From: an uncultured Eubacteriales bacterium
GTDB lineage: Bacteria > Bacillota > JAAYKD01
DNA length: 64,000 nt
Assembly (NCBI GenBank): GCA_964425745.1
Contig: CAYRNW010000006.1
Span: forward strand, 1,499-65,498
Direction: 5' to 3'
How positions within the stretch are numbered: the first letter of the stretch is position 1; the number at the start of each line of letters is the position of its first letter. Of this stretch, positions 18,754 through 28,350 are shown one piece after another. Both the position numbers and the translations under genes were made by a program. The notes under the pieces were generated by a model, which was given only the letters and a program-made list of their open reading frames with translations, ran no database searches and was not told where the DNA came from.

Positions 18754-21413
18754 GTGCTTCAGCAAAGATAAATCTTGGTGATGCCATCTTTAATGGTATT
18801 GAGGAGAATCCATTTCTGAATGAACTCTATGATAACATACTCTATAATTATGCGCTGAAAAAATTCGAACTGACATCCAGCAGGCAGTCCAGAGAGGTTG
18901 ATATTGCTTCAGCCCTTAGGTTTGCCGATTTGCTTTCTAAATCAACGTGTCCCCAAAATAAAGACAAACACAAAATGTGGGCGCAGGAAATAGTAGTACT
19001 CTTGCATGAGCTTTACCCGGAAAATGAAGACGTGAGTATGGTTGCCGGATCTGTCCTTTCATACACCGGGAATTATCAAGGACAAAAAATTATCAAGAGC
19101 AACTATCAAGCCCCTTCTGCACTTGAAAGAGTATTTACAGAATTTCAGAGTCATTATCTTACAATACCCGCTGAACCGGACTTGCGTTTTTTTGGCGCGC
19201 AGAAGAATGTATATGATCACTTGGACGACCCCTATTTCAGCTATTCTGGTCCGACTTCTATGGGTAAATCTTTTATTATGCGGATGTTCATGAAGGAGCA
19301 GGTCAAGCAAGGCGCAACTAAAAACTTTGCATTGATTGTTCCTACAAAAGCGTTGATAAATGAAAATAGAAGCCAAATTATTAATGATTTGAAAGAATAC
19401 CTGCAGCAGCGTAATTATCGTGTGATTACTGCTGCTGGCGATTTGGCTCTTGAGGGGCGACACAACTTTATTCTTGTGCTTACACCGGAAAGATTGTTGT
19501 ATCTTCTTATCAGCAAGCCGGATTTGCAGATCGATTATGTATTTATCGATGAAGCGCATAAACTATCCGGTAAAAACAGCAGAGGTCCTTTCTACTATAA
19601 AGTTGTTGATATGCTGATTAAGCGACAACATAAGCCGCATATTATTTTTGCATCACCTAATATTCCTAATCCTGAGGTGTATCTGAGGCTTCTTTCAGAA
19701 AAGACAAATGCTAATAATAGGTTGCGGTCGACATTTTCACCGGTTGCGCAAATCAAGTTTTTAATTGACCTAAATACCCATACTATCAGCGCATACAACG
19801 ATTACGCCGAGGAACTGATGCACCTTGCAACCATTCAGAAATCAGATGCTACGCTGATTGATTTTCTCAGAATGTTCGAAGTGGTTAATATAAAGCAAAT
19901 ACCGGAAAATCGCCAGCAGACTATTGTGTACTGTAATGGAAAAAGCAAAGCAATTGAATTGGCGCGTGAGTTTTCAAAATTTCTTCCAGAAAGCGGAGAT
20001 AAAGAGCTTGATGATTTATCACGGGATATCCGCAACGAGGTTCACGGGGAGTACTATTTAACAGAAGTAATAAAAAAGGGTGTTGCCTACCACATAGGGT
20101 ATTTACCTTCAGCTATTCGTATGCGAATCGAGGACATGTTCCGCAAGGGCAAGATAACCATCATGTTTTGTACAAGCACCCTTTTAGAAGGCGTTAACCT
20201 TCCTGCAGATAATCTATTCATCACCGATTTCAAGATAAATCGGTCAATCATGACGCCCGTTGACTTCAGAAATCTGATCGGCCGTGTTGGACGCATACGG
20301 TTCAACTTATATGGAAATGTGTTCTTTGTTGCTCAAGGCGACAAAATTACAGAGAAGGATTATGTTGAACTGTTGCAGGCTCCAATCCCGGATCAAAAGC
20401 TGTCAATTGAATCCGGAAAAACGGGCCTGCAGGAAGCCGAGAAAAAATACATAGTATCCAAGCTGCTTGCCGGTGATATTGAAATTGAAAAGCGTAATAC
20501 CAGCCAATCGGAAGAAGCACATACAATGATGCGGAAATTTGCGCTTATATTACTTCGTGATATTTTAGAAAACAGAAACAGCTTGGTAAGACGTGAATTT
20601 TCTGCTTTATTAACTACAGCGGATGAGAATAAAATTAGAGAGAATTTCCAAGAATCCGCTTCCCTGCTCGATGATGATATAAATATATCTGTGGACCAGG
20701 CACAAAACCTGTCCGCGGCTATTGAATTCGGTCTTAAGTACCCGGAACGTGTGGACGGGCATTTCGTTTATGATGATGTGCTTGCCTTCCTTGAGAAGCT
20801 GTGCAGAATTTTTAAATGGAAAAAGTATGAGTATACGTCTCTTGGAAAAGTTAGTGAAAATGGCCAGTTTGCATTGCTTCGCTGGTATGCAGTAATCCTT
20901 ATTCAGTGGATGGAAGGTACCGGTTTGAGCAGTATCATGAAAAAGGCCATTGAATACCGAGAGACACATCCTGATAATTTCTGGATCAACAAGTACCAGA
21001 AAACCCGATATAACGGTACAACAGAACATAAGAATATCGTCTTTGCAGATACCTTGGAGGTAATTGAGAATACGATCCTTTTTAGTATTTCCAATTATTT
21101 CCTTCGCTTTTCAAATGAGTATAAGCGTATACACCAACTCACGGAGTTTGAAAACAATTGGTACGAATTTGTTGAGTATGGCACGACAAACCCGCTAACA
21201 ATCCTGCTGCAACGAAACGGTTTTTCTCGCGAGGTTTCAACTTATATTAAGTCACATCAGGCTGATTTTGTCGTAACCATACCATCCGGTGAATTACGGC
21301 TAAGCCGAGCATTGCTATCATGCAGTAATATCAATGCCTGTAATGAGGCACGGGATATACAATATAATATGCCCGAATTATTTGTCGCAGATGGCTGCGA
21401 TATAGAAATATAG
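18750..21413 (+). CDS. hamB: Hachiman-like HamB DExH-box helicase
   Basis: Helicase motifs GPTSMGKSF (I), FIDEAHKL (II), and GRVGRIR (VI), with a long C-terminal extension. Translationally coupled to the upstream DUF1837-like gene. Confidence 0.65.
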   Translation: MSASAKINLGDAIFNGIEENPFLNELYDNILYNYALKKFELTSSRQSREVDIASALRFADLLSKSTCPQNKDKHKMWAQEIVVLLHELYPENEDVSMVAGSVLSYTGNYQGQKIIKSNYQAPSALERVFTEFQSHYLTIPAEPDLRFFGAQKNVYDHLDDPYFSYSGPTSMGKSFIMRMFMKEQVKQGATKNFALIVPTKALINENRSQIINDLKEYLQQRNYRVITAAGDLALEGRHNFILVLTPERLLYLLISKPDLQIDYVFIDEAHKLSGKNSRGPFYYKVVDMLIKRQHKPHIIFASPNIPNPEVYLRLLSEKTNANNRLRSTFSPVAQIKFLIDLNTHTISAYNDYAEELMHLATIQKSDATLIDFLRMFEVVNIKQIPENRQQTIVYCNGKSKAIELAREFSKFLPESGDKELDDLSRDIRNEVHGEYYLTEVIKKGVAYHIGYLPSAIRMRIEDMFRKGKITIMFCTSTLLEGVNLPADNLFITDFKINRSIMTPVDFRNLIGRVGRIRFNLYGNVFFVAQGDKITEKDYVELLQAPIPDQKLSIESGKTGLQEAEKKYIVSKLLAGDIEIEKRNTSQSEEAHTMMRKFALILLRDILENRNSLVRREFSALLTTADENKIRENFQESASLLDDDINISVDQAQNLSAAIEFGLKYPERVDGHFVYDDVLAFLEKLCRIFKWKKYEYTSLGKVSENGQFALLRWYAVILIQWMEGTGLSSIMKKAIEYRETHPDNFWINKYQKTRYNGTTEHKNIVFADTLEVIENTILFSISNYFLRFSNEYKRIHQLTEFENNWYEFVEYGTTNPLTILLQRNGFSREVSTYIKSHQADFVVTIPSGELRLSRALLSCSNINACNEARDIQYNMPELFVADGCDIEI

Positions 21414-21430
21414 CAGGAGGATAAACTAAA

Positions 21431-24013
21431 ATGGATAAAGCATATCAATGGGTGCCATTTTATGAGGCACTCGCCGATAAATTGCTTACATACAGCGATA
21501 AACGGGATGAACTCTTTGCTTTAATGAAAAAGCTTTCATCGGAGCAGCCGCTGATGAAATATCTCCACTTCGAGCGTGAAGACTGGTGGGAACCCCGCCA
21601 TCATCAAATCGATCCGTTTTCTGTGATTGGAGTTATGAATCGCGGAACAACAGATGCAAACCGTATTGTCTTAGCCAAGGTACTCGCAAACGCATTTGAC
21701 ATACAGATTCCTTCGCCTACGCAGTTTGCGGGTATACCTGTACTCAATAACATGAACTCATTTTTTAATGGAACAAATGAATTATGGGAGCTGTTTTGCC
21801 TTGCAATAAAATCCGCTGAAACCGGTGAGTTTTCAGACAAATTTAAAAAAGCATTCGATGACGCCATTGCAGTATCTGGAAATGGACTGGCTTATATTAC
21901 GATGGGCTTGTATTGGATTCGGCCACATGTTTTTATGCCTCTTGATGGCAATTCGCGTGCTTATATTTCTACACATTTCGGTGTATCTGCACCAAGCGGA
22001 AACTGTAGTGGTGAAGAATACGTAACTTTTTTGAATACACTCAAAACGAAAATCCATGAGCAGGCGCCTGACCTGACATTACCTGAAATTTCGTATACTG
22101 CTTGGACGAAGAAGGATGCCAATTCGCTCGACGGTACAAGCACAACTACCGCAGTCGTTGATGAGAAACGGCAGCGGGCGGCATTTATACAATGGTATAC
22201 GAATAATGTTGGTTCGTCTAATTCTGCTAATACCATCGCGGTTGCTATCGGTAAAGCACGGCTTAAAAGCGGACGAGCAGTGTTTGCTATTGCTGATTTT
22301 AATGAACTTGATTCTGCGATCAAGAGCAGCGGCCTTGAAGGGTATTTTCAAGCCAGCGGTGGCGATTACTCAAAGATGGATATAGTTTTTGACATTGATC
22401 CAACTACCCAACGTGATGACTTGAAAAGTGGAATCAAGCACTATCTCAGTTTTCTTAAAAGCATAGGAGAATTAAGTTCATCAAGCGGAACAATTGTCCC
22501 GCCGAATATAGCATCACGGCAGACTGGCGGGGCAAAAATGGCAAAAAACATAATTCTCTATGGTACTCCTGGAACAGGAAAAACCTATAGTACAGTGCAG
22601 TATGCTGTTGCCATTATTGAGGAGAAGTCGATCGCGGAGGTAAAATCTGAAGATTACGGAGAAGTATTCAATCGTTACTTAAAATATAAAGATGACGGAC
22701 TGGTCGCTTTTACCACATTTCACCAATCGTTTGGCTACGAAGAATTTATTGAGGGTATACGCCCGGTCGTGTCTTCGGAGGAAAAAGCAGAATCGGTACG
22801 CGAAATTGAATACGAAGTACATGATGGAATTTTCAAGGCATTTTGCGATAAAGCTGGAACACCTATTGGCGGCGGAACAAGTGTAGACTTAGGAATTGGT
22901 AAAAGCCCTACCGTCTGGAAGGTTTCACTTGAAGGTACAGGTGACAATCCTACAAGAGCCGAATGTATGGAGAATAATCATATCCGCATCGGATGGGACA
23001 GCTATGGCGAAACCATATCTGATGCTACAGATTACAGCAAGGATGGAGGCAGAACCGTTCTCAACGCATTTTACAACAGGATGCAAATCGGCGATATTGT
23101 TATGTCTTGTTATTCCAGCAAAACAATAGACGCGATTGGTGTTATTACTGGCGAACCAGAATGGCACGATGAGTATCAGAACTACAAACGGTTGCGTAAT
23201 GTGAAATGGCTTGTAAAGGGTATTAACGAAGATATCGTCGATTTCAATGCCGGAAAAGCTATGACGCTTTCATCTGTATACAAGTTATCAGTTTCAGTGT
23301 CAGATGCATTGCAAATACTTAGGAAAGTGAAGCCAAGCCTATTCACACAAAAGGTAAAAATTCCAAACCGTGTATTTATCATTGATGAGATCAATCGAGG
23401 GAATATCTCAAAAATATTTGGTGAATTAATTACCCTAATCGAGCCGTCAAAGCGCATAGGAGCAAGCGAACAGCTACGCGCTCTTTTGCCATACTCGGGC
23501 CAAAATTTTGGTGTGCCCGATAACGTCTACATCATTGGCACCATGAACACCGCCGACCGCTCTATCGCGATGATAGACACCGCGTTGCGCCGTAGATTTG
23601 AATTTATCGAGATGCAACCTGATTCTGCTACGCTTAAAGATGTTCTTGTTGACGGTATAGATATTGCTGAGATGCTCGACACCATCAACAAGCGTATAAC
23701 CGTATTGCTCGACCGTGAGCACACCATAGGACATTCCTATTTACTGCCGCTTAAAACAGACCCGACGATTGAAAATCTTGCGGCGATTTTTGAAAACAGA
23801 ATAATCCCGCTTTTGCAAGAGTACTTCTACGACGATTACGAGAAGATTCAGCTTGTATTGGGTGACAATCAGAAGCCGGATGATAGCACTCGCTTTATCG
23901 TGAAAAAGACAGATGCTGTTAAGCTGTTTGGAAACGCGGACGTTGATTTCCCGGAGTATTATGAGGTTAACAGCGAAGCTTTCATGAGGATTGATGCCTA
24001 TGCGTTCCTGTAA
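21431..24013 (+). CDS. mcrB: McrB-family GTPase (type IV restriction) with long N-terminal extension including a PUA/EVE-like modified-base reader domain
   Basis: AAA+/GTPase motifs NIILYGTPGTGKTY, VFIIDEINRGNISKIFGE and IIGTMNTADRSIAMIDTALRRRFEF. The upstream segment VWKVSL..IRIGW..FYNRMQIGDIVMSCYS..IDAIGVITGEP is EVE-like. Confidence 0.85.
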   Translation: MDKAYQWVPFYEALADKLLTYSDKRDELFALMKKLSSEQPLMKYLHFEREDWWEPRHHQIDPFSVIGVMNRGTTDANRIVLAKVLANAFDIQIPSPTQFAGIPVLNNMNSFFNGTNELWELFCLAIKSAETGEFSDKFKKAFDDAIAVSGNGLAYITMGLYWIRPHVFMPLDGNSRAYISTHFGVSAPSGNCSGEEYVTFLNTLKTKIHEQAPDLTLPEISYTAWTKKDANSLDGTSTTTAVVDEKRQRAAFIQWYTNNVGSSNSANTIAVAIGKARLKSGRAVFAIADFNELDSAIKSSGLEGYFQASGGDYSKMDIVFDIDPTTQRDDLKSGIKHYLSFLKSIGELSSSSGTIVPPNIASRQTGGAKMAKNIILYGTPGTGKTYSTVQYAVAIIEEKSIAEVKSEDYGEVFNRYLKYKDDGLVAFTTFHQSFGYEEFIEGIRPVVSSEEKAESVREIEYEVHDGIFKAFCDKAGTPIGGGTSVDLGIGKSPTVWKVSLEGTGDNPTRAECMENNHIRIGWDSYGETISDATDYSKDGGRTVLNAFYNRMQIGDIVMSCYSSKTIDAIGVITGEPEWHDEYQNYKRLRNVKWLVKGINEDIVDFNAGKAMTLSSVYKLSVSVSDALQILRKVKPSLFTQKVKIPNRVFIIDEINRGNISKIFGELITLIEPSKRIGASEQLRALLPYSGQNFGVPDNVYIIGTMNTADRSIAMIDTALRRRFEFIEMQPDSATLKDVLVDGIDIAEMLDTINKRITVLLDREHTIGHSYLLPLKTDPTIENLAAIFENRIIPLLQEYFYDDYEKIQLVLGDNQKPDDSTRFIVKKTDAVKLFGNADVDFPEYYEVNSEAFMRIDAYAFL

Positions 24014-25277
24014 TAAAACCTTCACTATAACAGAATACGGTGGGTTTACGCGCGGCATAGCGTCTTACGGTTATCAGGCATTGCCGGAAAAAACATTTGA
24101 TGCGCTTGAAGCTTTTATCCTCGCCAACAATACTGATACGGGAACCGAGGCAGTCGAGCTGCTGTCTCTTTCTGTTCGCCGAGGCATTGGCAAGATTATC
24201 ACCGCCAGAAATTACGTCGGGCTGATAACGATGGCTGACGGTACTGTCATAGAGATTCTCCCTAAAGTTATGGGCGGCGATATTACCGAGGAAGAGACGA
24301 AGCGAATTTTTCTCGAGATGCTAAAAACGCTAAAGGACGTGACATTTAAAGACTTCAATGTTTCAAATCTTCATGCTGACAACCTGAGCCTTCTCGATAT
24401 TTTTATAAAAATGTTTCTCGACGAGGTCACTATTCTAACAAAGCAAGGAATAAAAGCGGCATATACACCCGTCGAAGCAAATGAACGGTTCTATAAAGGG
24501 AAGCTGCTGGCTTCACAGAATATTAAATATAATCTGGTTAACAAGGAACGATTTTTTGTTCGCTACGACGATTTCAATATAAACAGACCGGAGAACCGTC
24601 TGATCAAGTCCACACTACGTTTCCTGCGCAATACTTCAAATGACGGGCGTAACCGACAGAACGCAACCCGATTAATAAATTTCTTTGATGGTGTGGAATA
24701 TTCCAAAAACTATGATTTGGACTTTTCAAAGTGTATTGTCGACCGCAGCATGAGCCACTACGACAAGGCTCTTTCGTGGTGTCGCGTTTTCTTGCGAGGA
24801 AATAGCTTCACCGCCTTTGCAGGAAGCGAGGTTGCTCTTGCTCTTCTTTTTCCAATGGAAAAGGTGTTCGAGAGTTTTGTTGCTGCGAAGTTTCGCAAGC
24901 ACATTGGTAGTGGTGTTACCTTGCGGACACAGGATGCCAGATACAGTCTGTTTGATAGTCCGGCCCGAGCTTTTTCCCTTCGTCCTGACATTGTGTTAGA
25001 ATTTGACGGCCGTACAGTAGTTCTGGATACCAAATGGAAGCTGCTCTCAGACAATGCCAGAAACAGCGGTATTTCACAAACTGATATGTACCAGATGTAT
25101 GCTTACGGCAAAAAGTATGAAGCAGACAAAATTGTCTTGCTGTATCCCTATTCCGATGCTGTGCGCAAAACTGATATCAGGTATGCCTCAGATGACAATG
25201 TAAAGGTCGATGTTACCTTCATTGACCTTAAGAATGCGGATAACAGTATTTCGAAACTATTAGGGGAGGTGTGCTAA
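24000..25277 (+). CDS. mcrC: McrC-family nuclease subunit (PD-(D/E)xK)
   Basis: RPDIVLEFDGRTVVLDTKWK catalytic motif. Overlaps the mcrB 3' end. Start chosen at the ATG 9 nt after GAGGA (alternatives 23991 and 23994). Confidence 0.8.
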   Translation: MRSCNKTFTITEYGGFTRGIASYGYQALPEKTFDALEAFILANNTDTGTEAVELLSLSVRRGIGKIITARNYVGLITMADGTVIEILPKVMGGDITEEETKRIFLEMLKTLKDVTFKDFNVSNLHADNLSLLDIFIKMFLDEVTILTKQGIKAAYTPVEANERFYKGKLLASQNIKYNLVNKERFFVRYDDFNINRPENRLIKSTLRFLRNTSNDGRNRQNATRLINFFDGVEYSKNYDLDFSKCIVDRSMSHYDKALSWCRVFLRGNSFTAFAGSEVALALLFPMEKVFESFVAAKFRKHIGSGVTLRTQDARYSLFDSPARAFSLRPDIVLEFDGRTVVLDTKWKLLSDNARNSGISQTDMYQMYAYGKKYEADKIVLLYPYSDAVRKTDIRYASDDNVKVDVTFIDLKNADNSISKLLGEVC

Positions 25278-26308
25278 TGCCATTTACCATCGTCCGTCAG
25301 GACATAACAAAAATGAAAGTTGACGCTATAGTCAACGCTGCCAACACCGACCTGCAAATGGGCGGTGGGGTTTGTGGAGCTATCTTCAAAGCGGCGGGAG
25401 CGGCACAGCTTCAAGCTGCCTGTGATAAACTCTCCCCGATTAAAACGGGTGAGGCGGTTATTACATCAGGATTCGACCTGCCCGCTAAGTTTGTTATTCA
25501 CGCGGCAGGCCCCGTTTATAGATATCAGAATACCGAGCAGAGTGAAAAACTACTACGTTCCGCATACATGGAGTCGCTCCGGCTTGCCATCGAAAACAAC
25601 TGTGAAAGTATTGCGTTCCCATTGATTTCAAGCGGGATTTACGGATACCCAAAAGACGAAGCCCTTCAAGTGGCTACTGCTGCAATTCAAGATTTTCTCA
25701 TCAACAACGATATTGATATAACACTTGTAGTGTTTGATAAATCGGCATTTACTGTAAGCCGCGAGCTGCTCGGTGAAGTCGAAAGCTACATAGATGAGCA
25801 TTACGTTGATATACACCAAATAAAGCGTCGGAAGCTGCTTGATGTAGAACGCCAAGCCATATCCGAAGCTGATGAGCGTGCTAGTATACTCAACGAGCCT
25901 ATTCTTGAAGATATGCTCGCTCCTATTGGCGCTCCTGCCCCGCTTGATGATTTAGTTGGCAATCTTGATGAGCCATTCTCTCAGATGCTCCTGCGTCTGA
26001 TTGATGCCAAAGGAATGACGGATGTTGAAGTATACAAACGTGCCAACCTTGACCGAAAATTATTCTCTAAGATCAGAAGCAACAAAGGATATATGCCAAG
26101 CAAGCGCACAGCTATTGCTCTTGCTGTAGCGCTGAAGTTATCTCTCGACGAAACCGACGACCTCTTGGAACGAGCGGGCTATGCACTATCTCACGCCGTC
26201 AAATTCGATGTTATTGTGGAGTACTTCATCGCAAACGGTAAGTACGATGTTTTTGCGATCAATGAAGTGCTGTTTGAATACGACCAGCCGCTGTTGGGAG
26301 GGTGCTGA
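25277..26308 (+). CDS. Macro-domain (ADP-ribose binding/processing) protein fused to C-terminal XRE-like HTH domain
   Basis: Macro signature AIVNAANTDLQMGGGVCGAIF and ISSGIYGYP. C-terminal MTDVEVYKRANLDRKLFSKIRSN..SKRTAIALAVALKLSLDETDDLLERAGYAL is HTH_XRE-like. TAATG overlap with the mcrC stop. Confidence 0.75.
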   Translation: MPFTIVRQDITKMKVDAIVNAANTDLQMGGGVCGAIFKAAGAAQLQAACDKLSPIKTGEAVITSGFDLPAKFVIHAAGPVYRYQNTEQSEKLLRSAYMESLRLAIENNCESIAFPLISSGIYGYPKDEALQVATAAIQDFLINNDIDITLVVFDKSAFTVSRELLGEVESYIDEHYVDIHQIKRRKLLDVERQAISEADERASILNEPILEDMLAPIGAPAPLDDLVGNLDEPFSQMLLRLIDAKGMTDVEVYKRANLDRKLFSKIRSNKGYMPSKRTAIALAVALKLSLDETDDLLERAGYALSHAVKFDVIVEYFIANGKYDVFAINEVLFEYDQPLLGGC

Positions 26309-26310
26309 TT

Positions 26311-26766
26311 ATGGATTATGTTTATGAAATAGATTCACTAATTCAAAAAGCTACATTAGCAATTGGTAAACCAATTTTTAAGGACAAGTATGAAATCGTT
26401 GATAGAGGTTTACCGCATATTCCACCTACTCGATTGCCTGATGGGAAGATGGCAATCTACATGTTTTTGCTCGGTGACGAATTTCTAAAAATCGGAAAAG
26501 CTAATTATAGAAGTAATGCAAGATTCTGCAGTCAACATTATGGTTTGAATGCACCATCAACACTTGCAAAATCACTGCTTTCGGATAGTGAGATGCGCAG
26601 CTTAAACATTACTTCTTCAAATATAAAAAATTGGATTAAAACGAATTGCCGACGAATCGACATAATTATTGATGCAGACTTAGGTGTTTTTGCTTTGGAA
26701 TTGATTGAGGGGATAATGCATTATAAATATGAACCCAGATATGAGGGTTTTGCATCTCAAAGGTAA
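26311..26766 (+). CDS. Small GIY-YIG superfamily (T5orf172/MUG113-like) protein
   Basis: AIYMF-(10)-LKIGKA-NYRSNARF..QHYG resembles GIY..YIG..R of the T5orf172 domain. GGGAGGG SD 8 nt before ATG 26311. Begins 3 nt after the macro-HTH stop. Confidence 0.5.
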   Translation: MDYVYEIDSLIQKATLAIGKPIFKDKYEIVDRGLPHIPPTRLPDGKMAIYMFLLGDEFLKIGKANYRSNARFCSQHYGLNAPSTLAKSLLSDSEMRSLNITSSNIKNWIKTNCRRIDIIIDADLGVFALELIEGIMHYKYEPRYEGFASQR

Positions 26767-26769
26767 TTT

Positions 26770-26786
26770 GTCGCTTCTGAAGCGAC
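26770..26786 (+). promoter_or_regulatory. Perfect hairpin GTCGCTTC-t-GAAGCGAC between GIY-YIG gene and vWA gene (weak terminator/processing site, no U-tract)
   Basis: 8-bp inverted repeat read directly. No T-run follows. Confidence 0.3.
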
Positions 26787-26845
26787 CGCCGGTCTCAAGT
26801 AAAGTAGTATTCTAAGATTACAATAAATCTTAGGAGGCTACCAAA

Positions 26846-27499
26846 ATGAAAAAGGGATTAACTGAACTGGTATTCATACTCGACAAAAGTGGCTCAATGA
26901 GCGGACTGGAAGCTGACACTATTGGTGGTTACAATTCAATGCTCGCAAAGCAGAAGGCAGTAGATGGTGAGTGCTACATTACAACGGTGTTGTTTGATAA
27001 CAACTATGAGCTACTCCATGACCGTATTGACATTAAAGCAGTCAGCCCGATTACTGACAAAGAATATCAGGTTGGCGGATCGACAGCACTTCTTGATGCA
27101 ATCGGCAGAACGATTCACAAAATTGGTAACGCTCAAAAGCACACTGCCGAAGATTACCGCGCCGAAAAGGTAATGTTTGTAATTATCACAGATGGCGAGG
27201 AAAACTCTAGTCGTGAATATACTGCCGAAAAGATCAAAGCACAGATTGAGCGGCAAAAAGAAAAGTATGGTTGGGAGTTTATCTTCCTTGGGGCTAATAT
27301 CGATGCGGTTCAGACCGCCGGGAGGTATGGAATTGCTCCTGACAGGGCAATTGACTATCTAGCTGATAGCGAAGGTACGGAACTGAACTTTAAGGTAATG
27401 GCAAGTGCTGTGGCGACATTTCGCGAGTCGGGAACGGTTGACGAGACTTGCTTTGAGGAAATCCGCAAGGATGTGAAGCGTCGAGGAGGTCGTAAATAA
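26846..27499 (+). CDS. von Willebrand factor type A (vWA) domain protein
   Basis: MIDAS motif VFILDKSGSMSG at the N-terminus. 217 aa. TAGGAGG SD. Confidence 0.8.
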   Translation: MKKGLTELVFILDKSGSMSGLEADTIGGYNSMLAKQKAVDGECYITTVLFDNNYELLHDRIDIKAVSPITDKEYQVGGSTALLDAIGRTIHKIGNAQKHTAEDYRAEKVMFVIITDGEENSSREYTAEKIKAQIERQKEKYGWEFIFLGANIDAVQTAGRYGIAPDRAIDYLADSEGTELNFKVMASAVATFRESGTVDETCFEEIRKDVKRRGGRK

Positions 27500-28350
27500 T
27501 GCTCGGAGCGATTATAGGAGATATCGTAGGCTCGGTCTACGAATGGCATAACATTAAAACAAAAGACTTCCCGCTGTTCCGCGACGACTGCTTTTTCACG
27601 GATGACACCGTGATGACCATTGCTACAGCAGACGCTCTAATGAGCGGCGTTAAAGCCGACGATTTCATTAATGCCTATAAAAAGTGGGGGCGATTCTACC
27701 CAGATGCCGGGTACGGTGGTCGCTTCGGCAGTTGGATACATTCTAATGACCGTAAACCCTACAACTCTTGGGGTAATGGTTCGGCGATGAGAGTATCACC
27801 TTGCGCTTGGGTGATGAATTGCGGATTCTATGGGCGTACAGGTTGTTGGCCATCAAACGGTTGGGAATGTGTAACAAAATCTGCTGAGGTGACGCATAAC
27901 CACCCTGAAGGAGTCAAAGGCGCACAAGCTACCGCAGTAGCGATATTTTTGAGCCGGTTCTACGCCGGAGGTCACGCCTTCGATTATTGCCAGCCGTGGT
28001 CGGTTGAAGAATTGAAAGATGAAATAAAAAAACTGATAGAATCTAATTTTGGATATGATCTATCCCGGACGCTTGACGAAATTCGTCCAATTTACCGCTT
28101 CAATGAAAGCTGTCAGGATACGGTACCACAGGCGATTATTGCTTTCCTTGAAAGTATGGACTTTGAGGATGCAATCCGAAATGCTATCTCCCTCGGAGGT
28201 GACAGCGACACGCTTGCTGCTATTACCGGTAGCATTGCAGAAGCCGCCTATGGTGTGCCAGATTGGATAAGGGACAAGGCTTTGAGTTATCTGGACGCAC
28301 CGTTGAGAGATGTCTATAATCGGTGGACATCATACATAGAGAACAATTAA
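27499..28350 (+). CDS. ADP-ribosylglycohydrolase (ARH/DraG family)
   Basis: N-terminal GAIIGDIVGSVYEW, GNGSAMRVSP, and C-terminal GGDSDTLAAITGSIAEAAYG, all ARH family hallmarks. TAATG overlap with the vWA gene. Confidence 0.85.
   Translation: MLGAIIGDIVGSVYEWHNIKTKDFPLFRDDCFFTDDTVMTIATADALMSGVKADDFINAYKKWGRFYPDAGYGGRFGSWIHSNDRKPYNSWGNGSAMRVSPCAWVMNCGFYGRTGCWPSNGWECVTKSAEVTHNHPEGVKGAQATAVAIFLSRFYAGGHAFDYCQPWSVEELKDEIKKLIESNFGYDLSRTLDEIRPIYRFNESCQDTVPQAIIAFLESMDFEDAIRNAISLGGDSDTLAAITGSIAEAAYGVPDWIRDKALSYLDAPLRDVYNRWTSYIENN

Noticed and set aside
25277-28350. DarT-like or other ADP-ribosyltransferase partner for the macro/ARH genes
   Set aside because: None of the neighbouring ORFs shows an R-S-E or H-Y-E ART signature. 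The 151-aa protein fits GIY-YIG better. An ART is therefore not called.
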